From IMG/VR virus record IMGVR_UViG_3300016486_001578: a DNA stretch of 64,000 nucleotides, one strand, 5' to 3'. The DNA is from a virus. Lineage: Duplodnaviria > Caudoviricetes. The notes below the pieces were generated by a model, which searched no databases, was not told the origin of the DNA, and saw only the letters and a list, made by a program, of their open reading frames with translations. A program made the position numbers and the translations under genes. Of this stretch, positions 1 to 10,147 are shown piece after piece; the first letter of the stretch is position 1; each line of letters opens with the position of its first letter.

Positions 1-2
1 CA

Positions 3-1226
3 TTAGTTAAAGCAACATTAACAACAAACGCTGGTGTTCAAACACAAGGTGGTTTGGTTAATACTTACTTCACAAACGTTTATGGTACTGCCGTGAACAC
101 TATTACTGAGCCTGCTGGTTCTAAAGCTGGAGTTGTTGAATTCTTAGGATTCTCTCGTATTGATGGATTACCAATGTTTAGAGCTTACAGACAGTTCAAC
201 ACAGCACACACTGGAGTTACAACTGCTACTGACCTTTGGACGTTTGATACAACAAGAAATACATTCAACCCAACTCAATCAATGATTGAGCAAATTACAA
301 CAGTTGGTACTGCTTCTGTTACTTCTGGTATAGATGGACTTACTATTGAATTAGTATCTGCTCTTGAAGATCACATCCCAGGTTTCTCTGCAAACTGGAA
401 CGATGGTGGTAAATACCCAATGGATAGAGATATGGATGATTCAAGATACCCAGGTATCATTGGTCCAAAAATCTCTTCTAAAACTGTTGCAGTTGGTACT
501 ATCGAAGTAACTTCTGCTCTTAGAAGAACAGAAATTGAAGATATCAAAGCTAATACAGGTATGGATATCGTTCAAAAAATGGAATCAATTCTTGTTAATG
601 AACTTTCACAAACAATCTCTAAGCAAATTGTTGCTAAGATTTTTGAAATGGGTGAATTAAATAGAGAGTCTGCTCCATTATTCGGTGGTACTTCTACTAT
701 CACAGGTCAAACTATTTTCGATTTAGATACTGATTATGTATCTGCTGTCGGTGGTGAGACAACACACGCGGTTCAAAGAAAGCTTATCACTAAGATAATG
801 CATGCTTCTAACTTTATCGCAACAGAGGGTCGTGTAGGTCCTGCTCAATTCTTAGTTACAAATGGTGGTCTTGCTGCTGCTTTAGCTGATATTAGTGGAT
901 ATACATTAAACCCAACTAAATCTAAAATGAATGGCGCTGGTCAATTATACCCAGTAGGTTCAATTGGAGATATCTCTATATATGTTGATCCATATATGAA
1001 GTATAACGACAATAGAGTTGTTCTTGGTAGAAAAAACAATCCTGATCAACCAGGTATCATTTTCGTACCATACTTGATGGCTCAATCAATCTCTATCATC
1101 TCAGAAGCGACTTTCGCTCCTAGAATGCTATTACGTTCAAGATATGCCGTAACAGAAGTTGGATGGTTCCCACAAAAGCAATTCATGACTATTAAGGTTG
1201 CGGATGCTAAGTCATTATTAAACTAA
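3..1226 (+). CDS. Major capsid protein, T4 gp23-like (5' part outside window)
   Basis: The frame is open from position 3. gp23-like motifs: ELSQTISKQIV, IYVDPY, PGIIFVPY, TFAPRMLLRSRYAV. A strong terminator follows. Confidence 0.9.
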   Translation, partial: LVKATLTTNAGVQTQGGLVNTYFTNVYGTAVNTITEPAGSKAGVVEFLGFSRIDGLPMFRAYRQFNTAHTGVTTATDLWTFDTTRNTFNPTQSMIEQITTVGTASVTSGIDGLTIELVSALEDHIPGFSANWNDGGKYPMDRDMDDSRYPGIIGPKISSKTVAVGTIEVTSALRRTEIEDIKANTGMDIVQKMESILVNELSQTISKQIVAKIFEMGELNRESAPLFGGTSTITGQTIFDLDTDYVSAVGGETTHAVQRKLITKIMHASNFIATEGRVGPAQFLVTNGGLAAALADISGYTLNPTKSKMNGAGQLYPVGSIGDISIYVDPYMKYNDNRVVLGRKNNPDQPGIIFVPYLMAQSISIISEATFAPRMLLRSRYAVTEVGWFPQKQFMTIKVADAKSLLN

Positions 1227-1243
1227 TACTTTAATTATAAAAT

Positions 1244-1279
1244 AAAAAATACCTTCTCCAAAAGAGAAGGTATTTTTTT
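1244..1279 (+). terminator. Intrinsic terminator after the capsid gene
   Basis: AAAAAATACCTTCTC-CAAAA-GAGAAGGTATTTTTTT hairpin with a T tract. Confidence 0.85.
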
Positions 1280-1328
1280 GCCTATTAATTAAAACATTTT
1301 ATTTATTTTATATATATAAGATATATAT

Positions 1329-1397
1329 GCAGGAGTAGCATAAGTTAATGTGCTAGACTTCCAGTCTAGAGATTCTGTTCAAATCAGACTCCTTGCT
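1329..1397 (+). tRNA. tRNA-Gly(TCC), somewhat degenerate
   Basis: Anticodon arm CTAGA-CTTCCAG-TCTAG and T-loop TTCAAAT. Acceptor stem GCAGGAG/TCCTTGC has one mismatch. Terminator hairpin at 1400-1427. Confidence 0.75.
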
Positions 1398-1473
1398 CTA
1401 AAACCCTCTAATCAAGAGGGTTTTTTTATACTCTATAAACAAGGAGCAACTCTTTCTTTTAATATATAACCCT

Positions 1474-3098
1474 ATGAAAAAAGATATAATAGACAAAATA
1501 TTAGATAATAAAAGGAATCGACTCAGGGAGTCATACTTTATTAAAAATCATACTGATATATATCTCGATATAAAAAATACACAGAAAACCTAGAAATACC
1601 ATTCAAACAAAAAGTTTGGCATTGGGTAAATAATAAAGAATCATATATAGTATGTAGGTGTGGTAAGAAAACAACCTTTAATAAAAACTGGCTAGATGGA
1701 TATAGAAAGCATTGTAGTCAGATATGCGTTGGACTAGATAATGATATTAAAAAAAAGAGAGAAATTACTAATTTAAAAAAATATGGTGTTACTAATGTGG
1801 CAAAAAATATAGATATAAAGAAAAAACAAGAGTCTACTAATCTAAAGAGATATGGATATAAATCCAGTTTTCAAAATAAGGATGTTAGAAAAAAATGGAC
1901 TAATAATATGATGATAAAACACGGTATCAGTCACTATTTTAAGACCGATGAGTTTAAAGAGAAGTCTATTAATACAAACCAGAGTAAATATGGGGTTGAC
2001 TATTATGTACAATCTACTAATTATAAAAATGACTTAGATAATATGTTATTTGGTGATTTATTAAGAGATAATAATATAACCAAACACATATCCAAATATG
2101 AAAGCTTGGGTTATAAATTCATATCACTAGAAAATAGAAATTTAAAGCTAGAAAATAAAGAAGGATGTAAACACAAATTTGATATATCATATGATGTTTT
2201 TATGAGTAGATCTAAAAATGACTATGAGGTATGTACAATATGTAATAATATAAAGAGTGGTCAATCCAATAAAGAAAAGAAGATAATTGAATGGTTACAC
2301 ACCATCGTTTATAATGTAATAGAGAGAGATAGAGAGTTTGGTGTGGAGGTTGATATATACCTACCAGAATATAATTTAGCAATAGAGTTTAATGGGCTAT
2401 ATTGGCACTCAGAGGAATATAAGGATAAAAAATATCATTTAAATAAAACAAACATTCTTAAAAAGGCAAACATTAGCCTTATTCATATCTGGGAAGATGA
2501 TTGGGACTATAAACAAGATATAGTAAAGTCTATAATATTGAATAAACTATACCTCATAAATAATAAGGTATATGCTAGAAATTGTAAGGTTTCATTGGTT
2601 AATAAGGTAGATTCTAATGATTTTCTTGATTCTAATCATATACAAGGAAAAACAAGATCTCTATATAATATTGGATTATATCATAGAGAAAAATTGGTTA
2701 GTATTATGTGTTTTAATTATAAAAATGGATCTAGTAAAAATGATATTGAATTAGTTAGATTCTGTAGTAAAATAGATACGGTTGTTATTGGTGGTTCTAG
2801 TAAATTGTTTAATTTTTTCATAAAGAAGTATAAATTTAATAAAATTATATCATTCTCTGATATTAGCCTATTTGATGGTGGTCTATACGAAAAGTTAGGG
2901 TTCACAAATACCGAAAATACACCACCCAACTTTTGGTGGATAGTCGATAAAAAAAGAATTAATAGGTTTAGATATAATAAATCTAGGTTAGTAAAAGATG
3001 GATATGACAAAAATAAAACAGAATACCAAATAATGTCAGATATTGGTAACAGTAGAATATGGGGATGTGGTTTGAAAAAGTGGATTTGGTACGAATAA
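1474..3098 (+). CDS. Free-standing putative homing endonuclease with Zn-finger, KYGV repeats and a C-terminal PD-(D/E)XK-like domain; frameshift in the A-run near 1572-1577
   Basis: ATG at 1474 follows a TTAATATATA motif. The frame of ORF 1797-3098 extends back to about 1575 (CRCG..HCSQIC). Motifs EVDIYLPEYNLAIEFNGLYWHS and IHIWEDDW. Paralog of 52991-54964. Confidence 0.7.
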
Positions 3099-3247
3099 AA
3101 TTATTATTAAATTTTTAGGAGATTAGAAGATAATAGATGAACCACCAAATAAAACAAGGCCTAATAATGTGTCAATTTCACAAATTAGAAACAATAAGAT
3201 AGTTGATACTTAAAATAAATTCATATTCATTTTTAATATATACTATT

Positions 3248-3637
3248 ATGATTAAGAGTTATGAATATTTCCTTGAAGGTAAAAATAAAAAGTTTCCTGA
3301 CACAAAAGTATCTGAGTTTAATGGCTTTGATATATATGTTGGTAGAGATGCAAAATCCAATGATCATTTAACATTCAATATGGCTGGTGATGATGATATA
3401 TGGTTACACACTAAGGGTGTACCAGGTAGCCATGTTGTTATTATGGTCAAAAATGAGTTACCTAGTAAAGAAACAATAAAATATGCCGCTGAATTAGCCA
3501 AAAAGAATAGTAAATCTAAGAATTTAAATTTAGCTGATGTGGTTTATTGCAAAAGAAAGTTCGTTAAAAAAGAGAAAAGTATGAATGATGGTCAAGTAAA
3601 AGTTGATTATAAAAACTCCGAAATAATCAAAGTATAA
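3248..3637 (+). CDS. Stand-alone NFACT-R (DUF814) RNA-binding domain protein
   Basis: IYVGRDAKSND, DIWLHTKGVPGSHVVI and AAELA..S are typical of the RqcH/FbpA NFACT-R domain. The start at 3248 follows a TTAATATATA motif. Confidence 0.85.
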   Translation: MIKSYEYFLEGKNKKFPDTKVSEFNGFDIYVGRDAKSNDHLTFNMAGDDDIWLHTKGVPGSHVVIMVKNELPSKETIKYAAELAKKNSKSKNLNLADVVYCKRKFVKKEKSMNDGQVKVDYKNSEIIKV

Positions 3638-3652
3638 ATAAAAATATAAACT

Positions 3653-5014
3653 ATGGCAGCAGTAGATAGATCCGATGGAATAAAAATAGAATTTTCTGAT
3701 AAATTAATTGATATATTAAAAGAATTGGAAGCTAATAACTATTATATAGCTTTTGAGTTATTATATATGAGTGATAAGGATGCAAAATATTTAAATGGCT
3801 TAAAAATAACAGATATTGATGTTGGTAAAGATTTTACATTTAAAGTGAAAATAGATGGAAAGTCTTATTATATGAAAGTAGGTAGATTTCTTAGATATTT
3901 TTATCAAGGAATATTCAAAAATGATGAAATAGCTAAATTTTCCAAAGCTTATAATAAACTAAAAGATGGTGATAGTATAAAATCTGATGCAAAAAGGATA
4001 AATGTTTCTAAATTTGAATATAAACCAAAGGACCCAAGGGAAACGTTTTTATCATTAACAACAAAAACATACCCATACGGAAATGAAGATGAACTTCTTT
4101 ATTTTTTACCAGACTTAGAAAAAGACAAACATGGTAATTATTATAAGATAATTGGAGAAAATAAAGAACCTAGTGTTATGTTTTCATCACACTTAGATAC
4201 CGCAGATAGAAAACAAGAACCAACAGAGTTATATTCAAAAGAAGAAGATGGTGACGAGATAATATTTACGAATGGTATGACTATATTAGGAGCAGATGAT
4301 AAAGCTGGTGTAACTATTATGTTGTATATGATGGAACATAATGTACCTGGATTATATTATTTCTTTATAGGTGAAGAAAGAGGTGGTATTGGTTCCAATA
4401 AGTTATCTTTTGATTTCTATAACACAGAGTATTTAAAAAATGTAGATATGTGTGTTTCTTTTGATAGAAGAAAAACAGAATCTGTTATAACACAACAAAT
4501 GGGTAGAGTTTGTTGCTCAGACCAATTTGGTGTTGCTTTGTGTAAAGAGTATAATAAGAGTGGTTTAAACTTATCACTAGATCCAGGTGGAATATATACC
4601 GATTCTGCCTCATTTATTGATGAAATACCCGAATGTACTAACGTATCTGTTGGGTATGATAATGAACATACTGGTAGAGAATTACAAAATATGACATTTT
4701 TAATAAAGATGTGTGAGGCTTCTGTTGATGTCGATTGGCAAAATTTACCAATTGCTAGAAAAGTTGGTCTAAATAACGAACTTATAGCCAAACATAAAGC
4801 ACTAATAGATGATATAAAGAGTGGTTCTTTTAACCAAGAAGTTAAAATGGTCGGAATGGATGATGATATATATGTTAGAATAGATATGGATGGCAGCGAG
4901 GTTGATACCGCATTTGATACATTAACAATTATGCAGTTCTTATTAGATAAATATAAAGTAGATGATGCTGATGTTTTAATAGAAGATTCCTACATAAAAA
5001 TACAATTAACATAA
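3653..5014 (+). CDS. M28/M20-type zinc peptidase
   Basis: SSHLDT, GADDKAG, GEERGGIGS, SFDRR, YTDSASF, NEHT. Paralog of 36876-37967. Confidence 0.8.
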   Translation: MAAVDRSDGIKIEFSDKLIDILKELEANNYYIAFELLYMSDKDAKYLNGLKITDIDVGKDFTFKVKIDGKSYYMKVGRFLRYFYQGIFKNDEIAKFSKAYNKLKDGDSIKSDAKRINVSKFEYKPKDPRETFLSLTTKTYPYGNEDELLYFLPDLEKDKHGNYYKIIGENKEPSVMFSSHLDTADRKQEPTELYSKEEDGDEIIFTNGMTILGADDKAGVTIMLYMMEHNVPGLYYFFIGEERGGIGSNKLSFDFYNTEYLKNVDMCVSFDRRKTESVITQQMGRVCCSDQFGVALCKEYNKSGLNLSLDPGGIYTDSASFIDEIPECTNVSVGYDNEHTGRELQNMTFLIKMCEASVDVDWQNLPIARKVGLNNELIAKHKALIDDIKSGSFNQEVKMVGMDDDIYVRIDMDGSEVDTAFDTLTIMQFLLDKYKVDDADVLIEDSYIKIQLT

Positions 5015-5015
5015 A

Positions 5016-5477
5016 ATGGAAATTAGAAAATATAAAAAATTTTTAAAAGAAGATGTTGGTGGAGATGATGCTTACCAAGACGAATTTAATAGATTAAGCG
5101 ATGGTTATGATGATTATGATGATGATTATGATGGAAATAGATTTCCTGATGATGATTATTATAATAAAGAAAATGAAGGTCCCGAAGTTGAAGGAAATAT
5201 GGAGGAGCTAATTGATTTATTTAAACAAATGTTTTATCGTTCAAAAATAGAAGAACTTGAAATTGAAGGAGACCTTAATAAAATAAAAATGTACTTTGAA
5301 CTTAACCAAAAGGAGAAATTAAAGGATATATTGAGTATCTTTGAAACTCTAAATAAAATAAGAAAGGATATATTACCACAATATGATTGTGATATGGATT
5401 TATGGAAATATAAGGACGGTACTCCATTACTTAGTATAATATTCACCTACGCAGAGGATGATATAACACCATTTTAA
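5016..5477 (+). CDS. Acidic hypothetical protein with capsid-targeting-like N-terminus
   Basis: ORF starting MEIRKYKKFLKE with an Asp-rich segment. Confidence 0.6.
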   Translation: MEIRKYKKFLKEDVGGDDAYQDEFNRLSDGYDDYDDDYDGNRFPDDDYYNKENEGPEVEGNMEELIDLFKQMFYRSKIEELEIEGDLNKIKMYFELNQKEKLKDILSIFETLNKIRKDILPQYDCDMDLWKYKDGTPLLSIIFTYAEDDITPF

Positions 5478-5505
5478 TAATATTTAAAAATAAATATTAA
5501 ACTTT

Positions 5506-5536
5506 TTTGATTTTACAAATATTATATATACATTTG
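5506..5536 (+). promoter_or_regulatory. Bacteroidota-type housekeeping promoter upstream of tmRNA
   Basis: TTTG (5506-5509), 19 nt, TACATTTG (5529-5536) matches the -33/-7 TTTG..TAnnTTTG consensus. Confidence 0.7.
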
Positions 5537-5561
5537 TAGTATAATACAAAACAACAACTAT

Positions 5562-5936
5562 GGGGGTGTAATTAGGATAGATTTACAGAATTAGTGGTTA
5601 TTATGCAGGTATCGGTTGGTTACATACTCCGATTAATAAATTAAGTGGCAATTTTTTTAAACGGAAACGTTAATGAAGTAGGAACAAGTGAAGATTTAGT
5701 AGCTATTCTACAAAACAATAAACTCTCTGTAGCAGAGTTAGCGACTGTCTAGTACAATCTCTGAATTAGTTACAATGTATCACACATCAAATGTGAAACT
5801 GTTTTTTTTCTACTTTTAAGAGTTTGTCAAAAAAAGTAAATATTTTGTGTTTTTAGAAAAATTCACTAAGCCTGTAAATGATTAATTATCATTGACTGTG
5901 GAAGACACGATGGGCAGTGCATCGTCACCTCCACCA
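5562..5936 (+). ncRNA. ssrA: tmRNA
   Basis: 5' GGGGGTG pairs with 3' CACCTCC-A-CCA, with a G3:U alanine identity pair. T-arm ACGATG-GGCAGTG-CATCGT. Internal tag frame 5663-5752 follows TAAAC. Terminator at 5937-5966. Confidence 0.88.
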
Positions 5937-5986
5937 AAAAAATCCTCACATAAAGTGGGGATTTTTACTTTAAAATAATAAATGTT

Positions 5987-6481
5987 ATGATTGATAAATT
6001 TGAGGGTCGTTGGAGATTTTTATCCAACTTTTACCCATGTGAGATAGAACACCAAGGTATATTATACCCATCAGTAGAGCATTATTATATATCTATGAAA
6101 TTTACTAGCGATCAATTTATCGATGGTAAAAATTATACTTGTGGTGATTTAAGGGAGAAAATATCCAAAATACCATCTCCTGGCAGAGTAAAGAGGCTTG
6201 GAAAAAGTATAAAATTAAGAAAAGACTGGGAAGAAGTTAGATTTGATATAATGACTTGGGGAGTTAGAGAAAAGTTTAAAACACCAAGTTTATCAGAACT
6301 TATGTTAACAACCGAAGAAGAAGAATTAATAGAAGGCAACTACTGGCACGATTGTATTTGGGGTAGATGTATTTGTGATAAATGTATGGGAAAAGGAAAA
6401 AATAACCTTGGTAAAATACTAATGAAAGTTCGTGATGAAATCAAAGGCATAAAAAGAACAGGATTAGAAATCCTATTTTAA
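5987..6481 (+). CDS. NADAR (YbiA/DUF1768) family protein
   Basis: FLSNFY, YPSVEHYY, DWEEVRFDIM..KF, LIEGNYWHD..WG, GKNNLGKILMKVR. Confidence 0.9.
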   Translation: MIDKFEGRWRFLSNFYPCEIEHQGILYPSVEHYYISMKFTSDQFIDGKNYTCGDLREKISKIPSPGRVKRLGKSIKLRKDWEEVRFDIMTWGVREKFKTPSLSELMLTTEEEELIEGNYWHDCIWGRCICDKCMGKGKNNLGKILMKVRDEIKGIKRTGLEILF

Positions 6482-6720
6482 TACATTCCTATCTTAGTTA
6501 GTATTTTAAGCACCCATTTTTTTACTGGTTTTCCTTCAGCTGTTCCTGGAGCAGAACCAACCATAAGTAGAACAAATAGAATTACTAAAATACCTAGCGT
6601 GCTAAATATTATTGGTAATCCTACTGCTTCGTTAGGTTCCCCTGTCCATCCTTGTGTTATCCACAATCCAGGTATGAATAACATACAAACTGGAAGCATA
6701 ATTTTTAATAAATTTCCCAT
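6478..6720 (-). CDS. Small two-TM membrane protein
   Basis: Two hydrophobic segments. Confidence 0.6.
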   Translation of the reverse strand: MGNLLKIMLPVCMLFIPGLWITQGWTGEPNEAVGLPIIFSTLGILVILFVLLMVGSAPGTAEGKPVKKWVLKILTKIGMY

Positions 6721-6944
6721 ATTTTTTTTAATTTTTTAATCTTCTCTTAGTCCAAACTTCTTTCATTTAAACTATTTTTATTTATATATTAAATATTTAT
6801 ATATTCGTGACTAAAAAAATGGTGTCTTGTTTCTAATATGAGTTCCTTTTAAGTAAAATGAATAATTAAAAAACAGTACTAGAAGATATACTCAAATAAA
6901 TTCCTTATATTTATATAATTATTAATTAAAACAAAAAACAAATT

Positions 6945-7472
6945 ATGAAGAAAATTTTATTATTTATCACCATTTTATTCACTAGTTTATCATATTCACA
7001 ATCCGAACCTATCAGTTATGATAGTATTATAGAATTTGATAGTATTCAAAAGGATTTATTATTTTCAAAGGCACAGGAATATATTGCTATTAAATTTAAT
7101 TCCGCACAAGATGTTATTCAAATGGTTGATAAAGAAGAAGGCACTTTAGTTATTAAGGGTCTTTTTGTTTTTGATAATCATCCTATGAAATATAGTAATT
7201 TAGATGGTGTTGTTAATTTTACAATTAAAATATATACAAAAGATAATAAATATAAAGTGAATATACTTGATTTTATTCATGAAGCTAGAAAATTCCCTCA
7301 ATTTTCATCACACAAAATATACACAGATACTCCAGAATACAAAGGGGCCTCCTCCAAAGTTAACACTGTCGCATATAATCTTTTATTAGAAGAGTGTGTA
7401 GATTTCAAAGATAGATTCTTATCCGAATTGGAAGATTATGTTAATAACGGAAGTGAATCAACTGATTGGTAA
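6945..7472 (+). CDS. Secreted DUF4468-like protein (Bacteroidota type)
   Basis: Signal peptide MKKILLFITILFTSLSYSQ; FNSAQDVIQMVDKEEGTLVIKG; IYTKDNKYKV. Confidence 0.65.
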   Translation: MKKILLFITILFTSLSYSQSEPISYDSIIEFDSIQKDLLFSKAQEYIAIKFNSAQDVIQMVDKEEGTLVIKGLFVFDNHPMKYSNLDGVVNFTIKIYTKDNKYKVNILDFIHEARKFPQFSSHKIYTDTPEYKGASSKVNTVAYNLLLEECVDFKDRFLSELEDYVNNGSESTDW

Positions 7473-7570
7473 AAAACTATAAAAAAAAGAGGATAAATTA
7501 TATCCTCTTTTTTTTTATGTCAATTTTTTCACCACTTCGGAGGAAACTTCTATATTTTTATATATAGATT

Positions 7571-8395
7571 ATGAGAAAATTAAAGAATTTAACAACAGAA
7601 GAGGAACTAGAAGTTTTCAATGAGAGAAAATCCGGTCACAAAAGAAAAGATATATTATTAAAATGGGGTATATCCGAAAGACATTATAAAAATATTATAT
7701 TAGGTAACGGAGGAAAATTGAAACCGGTTAAATATAATTTCAATGAAGATTATTTTGAAAAAATAGACACAGAGGATAAAGCATATTTCTTAGGATTCAT
7801 AGTAGCAGATGGTTGTATTGATGGTAATTCTAATGCTATTAGCATCATACAGAAAGAAACCGATGTGTTATATGATTTTAAAAAATATATAGAATTTGAG
7901 GGAGTTATTTATACAAGATCGGATAAAACCGCATCTTCTATAAAAATTTCATCACATAAAACCAAGATGGATTTAGAAAATTTAGGAATACATTCTAACA
8001 AAACAATGGATGTCAAATATCCTAAAATACCAAACCATTTAGAAAACCATTTCATAAGAGGTGTGTTTGATGGTGATGGGTGTATTTCACTAAGAACAGA
8101 CAATCGCGATGGTAGCCAAAGGGGACAGGTTAATATATGCTCTGGTAGTAAAGACTTTATAAATGAATACTACGATAAATTAGTAAAATATGCTAATCTA
8201 TCAGGTAAAAATAAAGTAAGATGTCCTAAGGGCAGTAATTACTATGTTGTGGATTGGGGTGGATTATTAGATGTTGAGAAAATATACGAATTTTTATATA
8301 AGGATGCTAATGTGTATTTAGAAAGGAAAAAGAAAACTTTTGATAAAGTTGTTTCTATAACTAAAGATAGAAAAAAATATCGAAAAATAGTATAA
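7571..8395 (+). CDS. Free-standing LAGLIDADG homing endonuclease
   Basis: Two motifs AYFLGFIVADGCI and FIRGVFDGDGCI; C-terminal YLERK. Confidence 0.9.
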   Translation: MRKLKNLTTEEELEVFNERKSGHKRKDILLKWGISERHYKNIILGNGGKLKPVKYNFNEDYFEKIDTEDKAYFLGFIVADGCIDGNSNAISIIQKETDVLYDFKKYIEFEGVIYTRSDKTASSIKISSHKTKMDLENLGIHSNKTMDVKYPKIPNHLENHFIRGVFDGDGCISLRTDNRDGSQRGQVNICSGSKDFINEYYDKLVKYANLSGKNKVRCPKGSNYYVVDWGGLLDVEKIYEFLYKDANVYLERKKKTFDKVVSITKDRKKYRKIV

Positions 8396-8428
8396 TCTTA
8401 TACATAAAACATTGAAAATCAAACACAT

Positions 8429-9394
8429 ATGTCAATTATTTCATATTTTGGAGGCAAGAGCTCCAAAAAATTCAGAGACTTTATTAATGTTAGAATACCA
8501 AAAGACGGTATAACTACATACGTAGAACCATTCAGTGGGGCTATGGGGACCTATATGGACGACCCAACACTAGTCTTTGATGAAGTTGTTTATAATGATA
8601 GAAATAGACACCAGGTCAACTTATATAAGTGTTGCCAAAATCCAAAAGAGTTTTTAAAATATCTACAAAGAATAAAAGAAACTCTACTTCATACAGAAGA
8701 AACAGACCCAATTAAAAAATGGGAATTTTATAAAGCAATTTATAAAAAATACCAAAGTAATGATTTCCTAGATAATATGGACTTTGAGATAGGTGATTTT
8801 AAAAAAGCTACTATTTATGCTTTTTTAATAACATCATCATTTAGTGCTGTTTATCCAAGAGGTGGTGGATTTTCTGGATATGATAGAAAGAAAGATAGAT
8901 TGAAATTAGAGATTCTAATAAATAAATTAGAAAAAAATAAGTATACAGAAAAATTAAATTCTATTTCAGAATTTCTAAATGAGGATTTTGGTGATATAAT
9001 AGATAGATATGATTCTGATGATACATTTTTATATTTAGACCCACCATATGCTAGATTCGATGAATCTAAAGGCGAGGATGATGCTAGGAGACTCTTTTGG
9101 TATGGATCTGATGATGAGGGTGTTTTCGGACCAGCTTCTCATAGGAGACTATTAGATCAACTAAAAAAGACAAAATCCAGATGGTCTTTATCTTATTACT
9201 ATTTCCCATTACTAGAAGAACTTTTACCAAGAGATGAATATTTTTGGGTAGAAAAGGAAGTTTTTAGAAGCTCTGCACAAGGTGGTAATAATCATGGTGC
9301 TAAAAAGGACTCTGATAAAGTTAGTGCTAAGGGTGTTGAGATGTTAATAATGAATTATAATCCAGAAACTGGAGAAAAGATTAAATGGAAATAA
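8429..9394 (+). CDS. DNA adenine methyltransferase (Dam/D12 class)
   Basis: YFGGK, YVEPFSG, VYND, YLDPPY. Confidence 0.85.
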   Translation: MSIISYFGGKSSKKFRDFINVRIPKDGITTYVEPFSGAMGTYMDDPTLVFDEVVYNDRNRHQVNLYKCCQNPKEFLKYLQRIKETLLHTEETDPIKKWEFYKAIYKKYQSNDFLDNMDFEIGDFKKATIYAFLITSSFSAVYPRGGGFSGYDRKKDRLKLEILINKLEKNKYTEKLNSISEFLNEDFGDIIDRYDSDDTFLYLDPPYARFDESKGEDDARRLFWYGSDDEGVFGPASHRRLLDQLKKTKSRWSLSYYYFPLLEELLPRDEYFWVEKEVFRSSAQGGNNHGAKKDSDKVSAKGVEMLIMNYNPETGEKIKWK

Positions 9395-9705
9395 AATACT
9401 TATATTTTGAGATACACGAAGAAAGGGCAATAGATTTCGAAAATAGATTATCAGTAATTAACTCAAAGATGGAGAATGAAAATGTTTTATTACTAGAACC
9501 ACATACTAATTCAAAGGGGGTTTGGTCTTTTAGGACAATAACAGATAGGTATAAAGGGAAAGGGAAGAAAACTGGATCATTATTAATAGATCAATATTGG
9601 ATAGATTTTAGTAAATTTGAAGATTATAGAAATCTAGATAAATACATAAAAGAAGCCACTAAGAATATAAATAGGAAAATAAATATAAAATCATTAGGTA
9701 TATGA
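9385..9705 (+). CDS. Hypothetical protein
   Basis: ORF in operon with overlapping start/stop codons. Confidence 0.6.
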   Translation: MEIKYLYFEIHEERAIDFENRLSVINSKMENENVLLLEPHTNSKGVWSFRTITDRYKGKGKKTGSLLIDQYWIDFSKFEDYRNLDKYIKEATKNINRKINIKSLGI

Positions 9706-9956
9706 AAAATCCATACACAAAAAAAGAGATAGATGAAATGGATAATCCGTTTTGGAAACAATATTATACAGATTTTGGTGATCCAGAAATATGTGGTGAA
9801 TGGTCTAAGGGACAAAGAGGTAAATTCTATAAACAATATTATTTTATAAGCAAAGACGGAACACCAAATATAGAAAATTGGGATGATATAGAAGAAAAAA
9901 CAGAAGAACAAATCTCATTATTTCAATACTCTAAGAAAAAATTAGGTAGAGCCTAA
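9702..9956 (+). CDS. Hypothetical protein
   Basis: ORF with ATGA overlap. Confidence 0.6.
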   Translation: MKNPYTKKEIDEMDNPFWKQYYTDFGDPEICGEWSKGQRGKFYKQYYFISKDGTPNIENWDDIEEKTEEQISLFQYSKKKLGRA

Positions 9957-10147
9957 AAAATACCAAGATATGAAACATGATATAATAAGAAAATTATACG
10001 AAATGGATACTGATATTTTTGAACCAAAGCCATTCATTAAATATAACGATAATTTTGATAATATAAAAAAAAATAGAATTTTCTGTTAATTTATCCGATT
10101 CACTAAATATTAATTCACCTAATGCTTTAAATATTGATACAGAATCA

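Noticed and set aside
7571-8395. Group I intron or intein around the LAGLIDADG gene
   Set aside because: The flanking genes are complete, and no splice-junction motifs or interrupted host gene are visible. It is free-standing.
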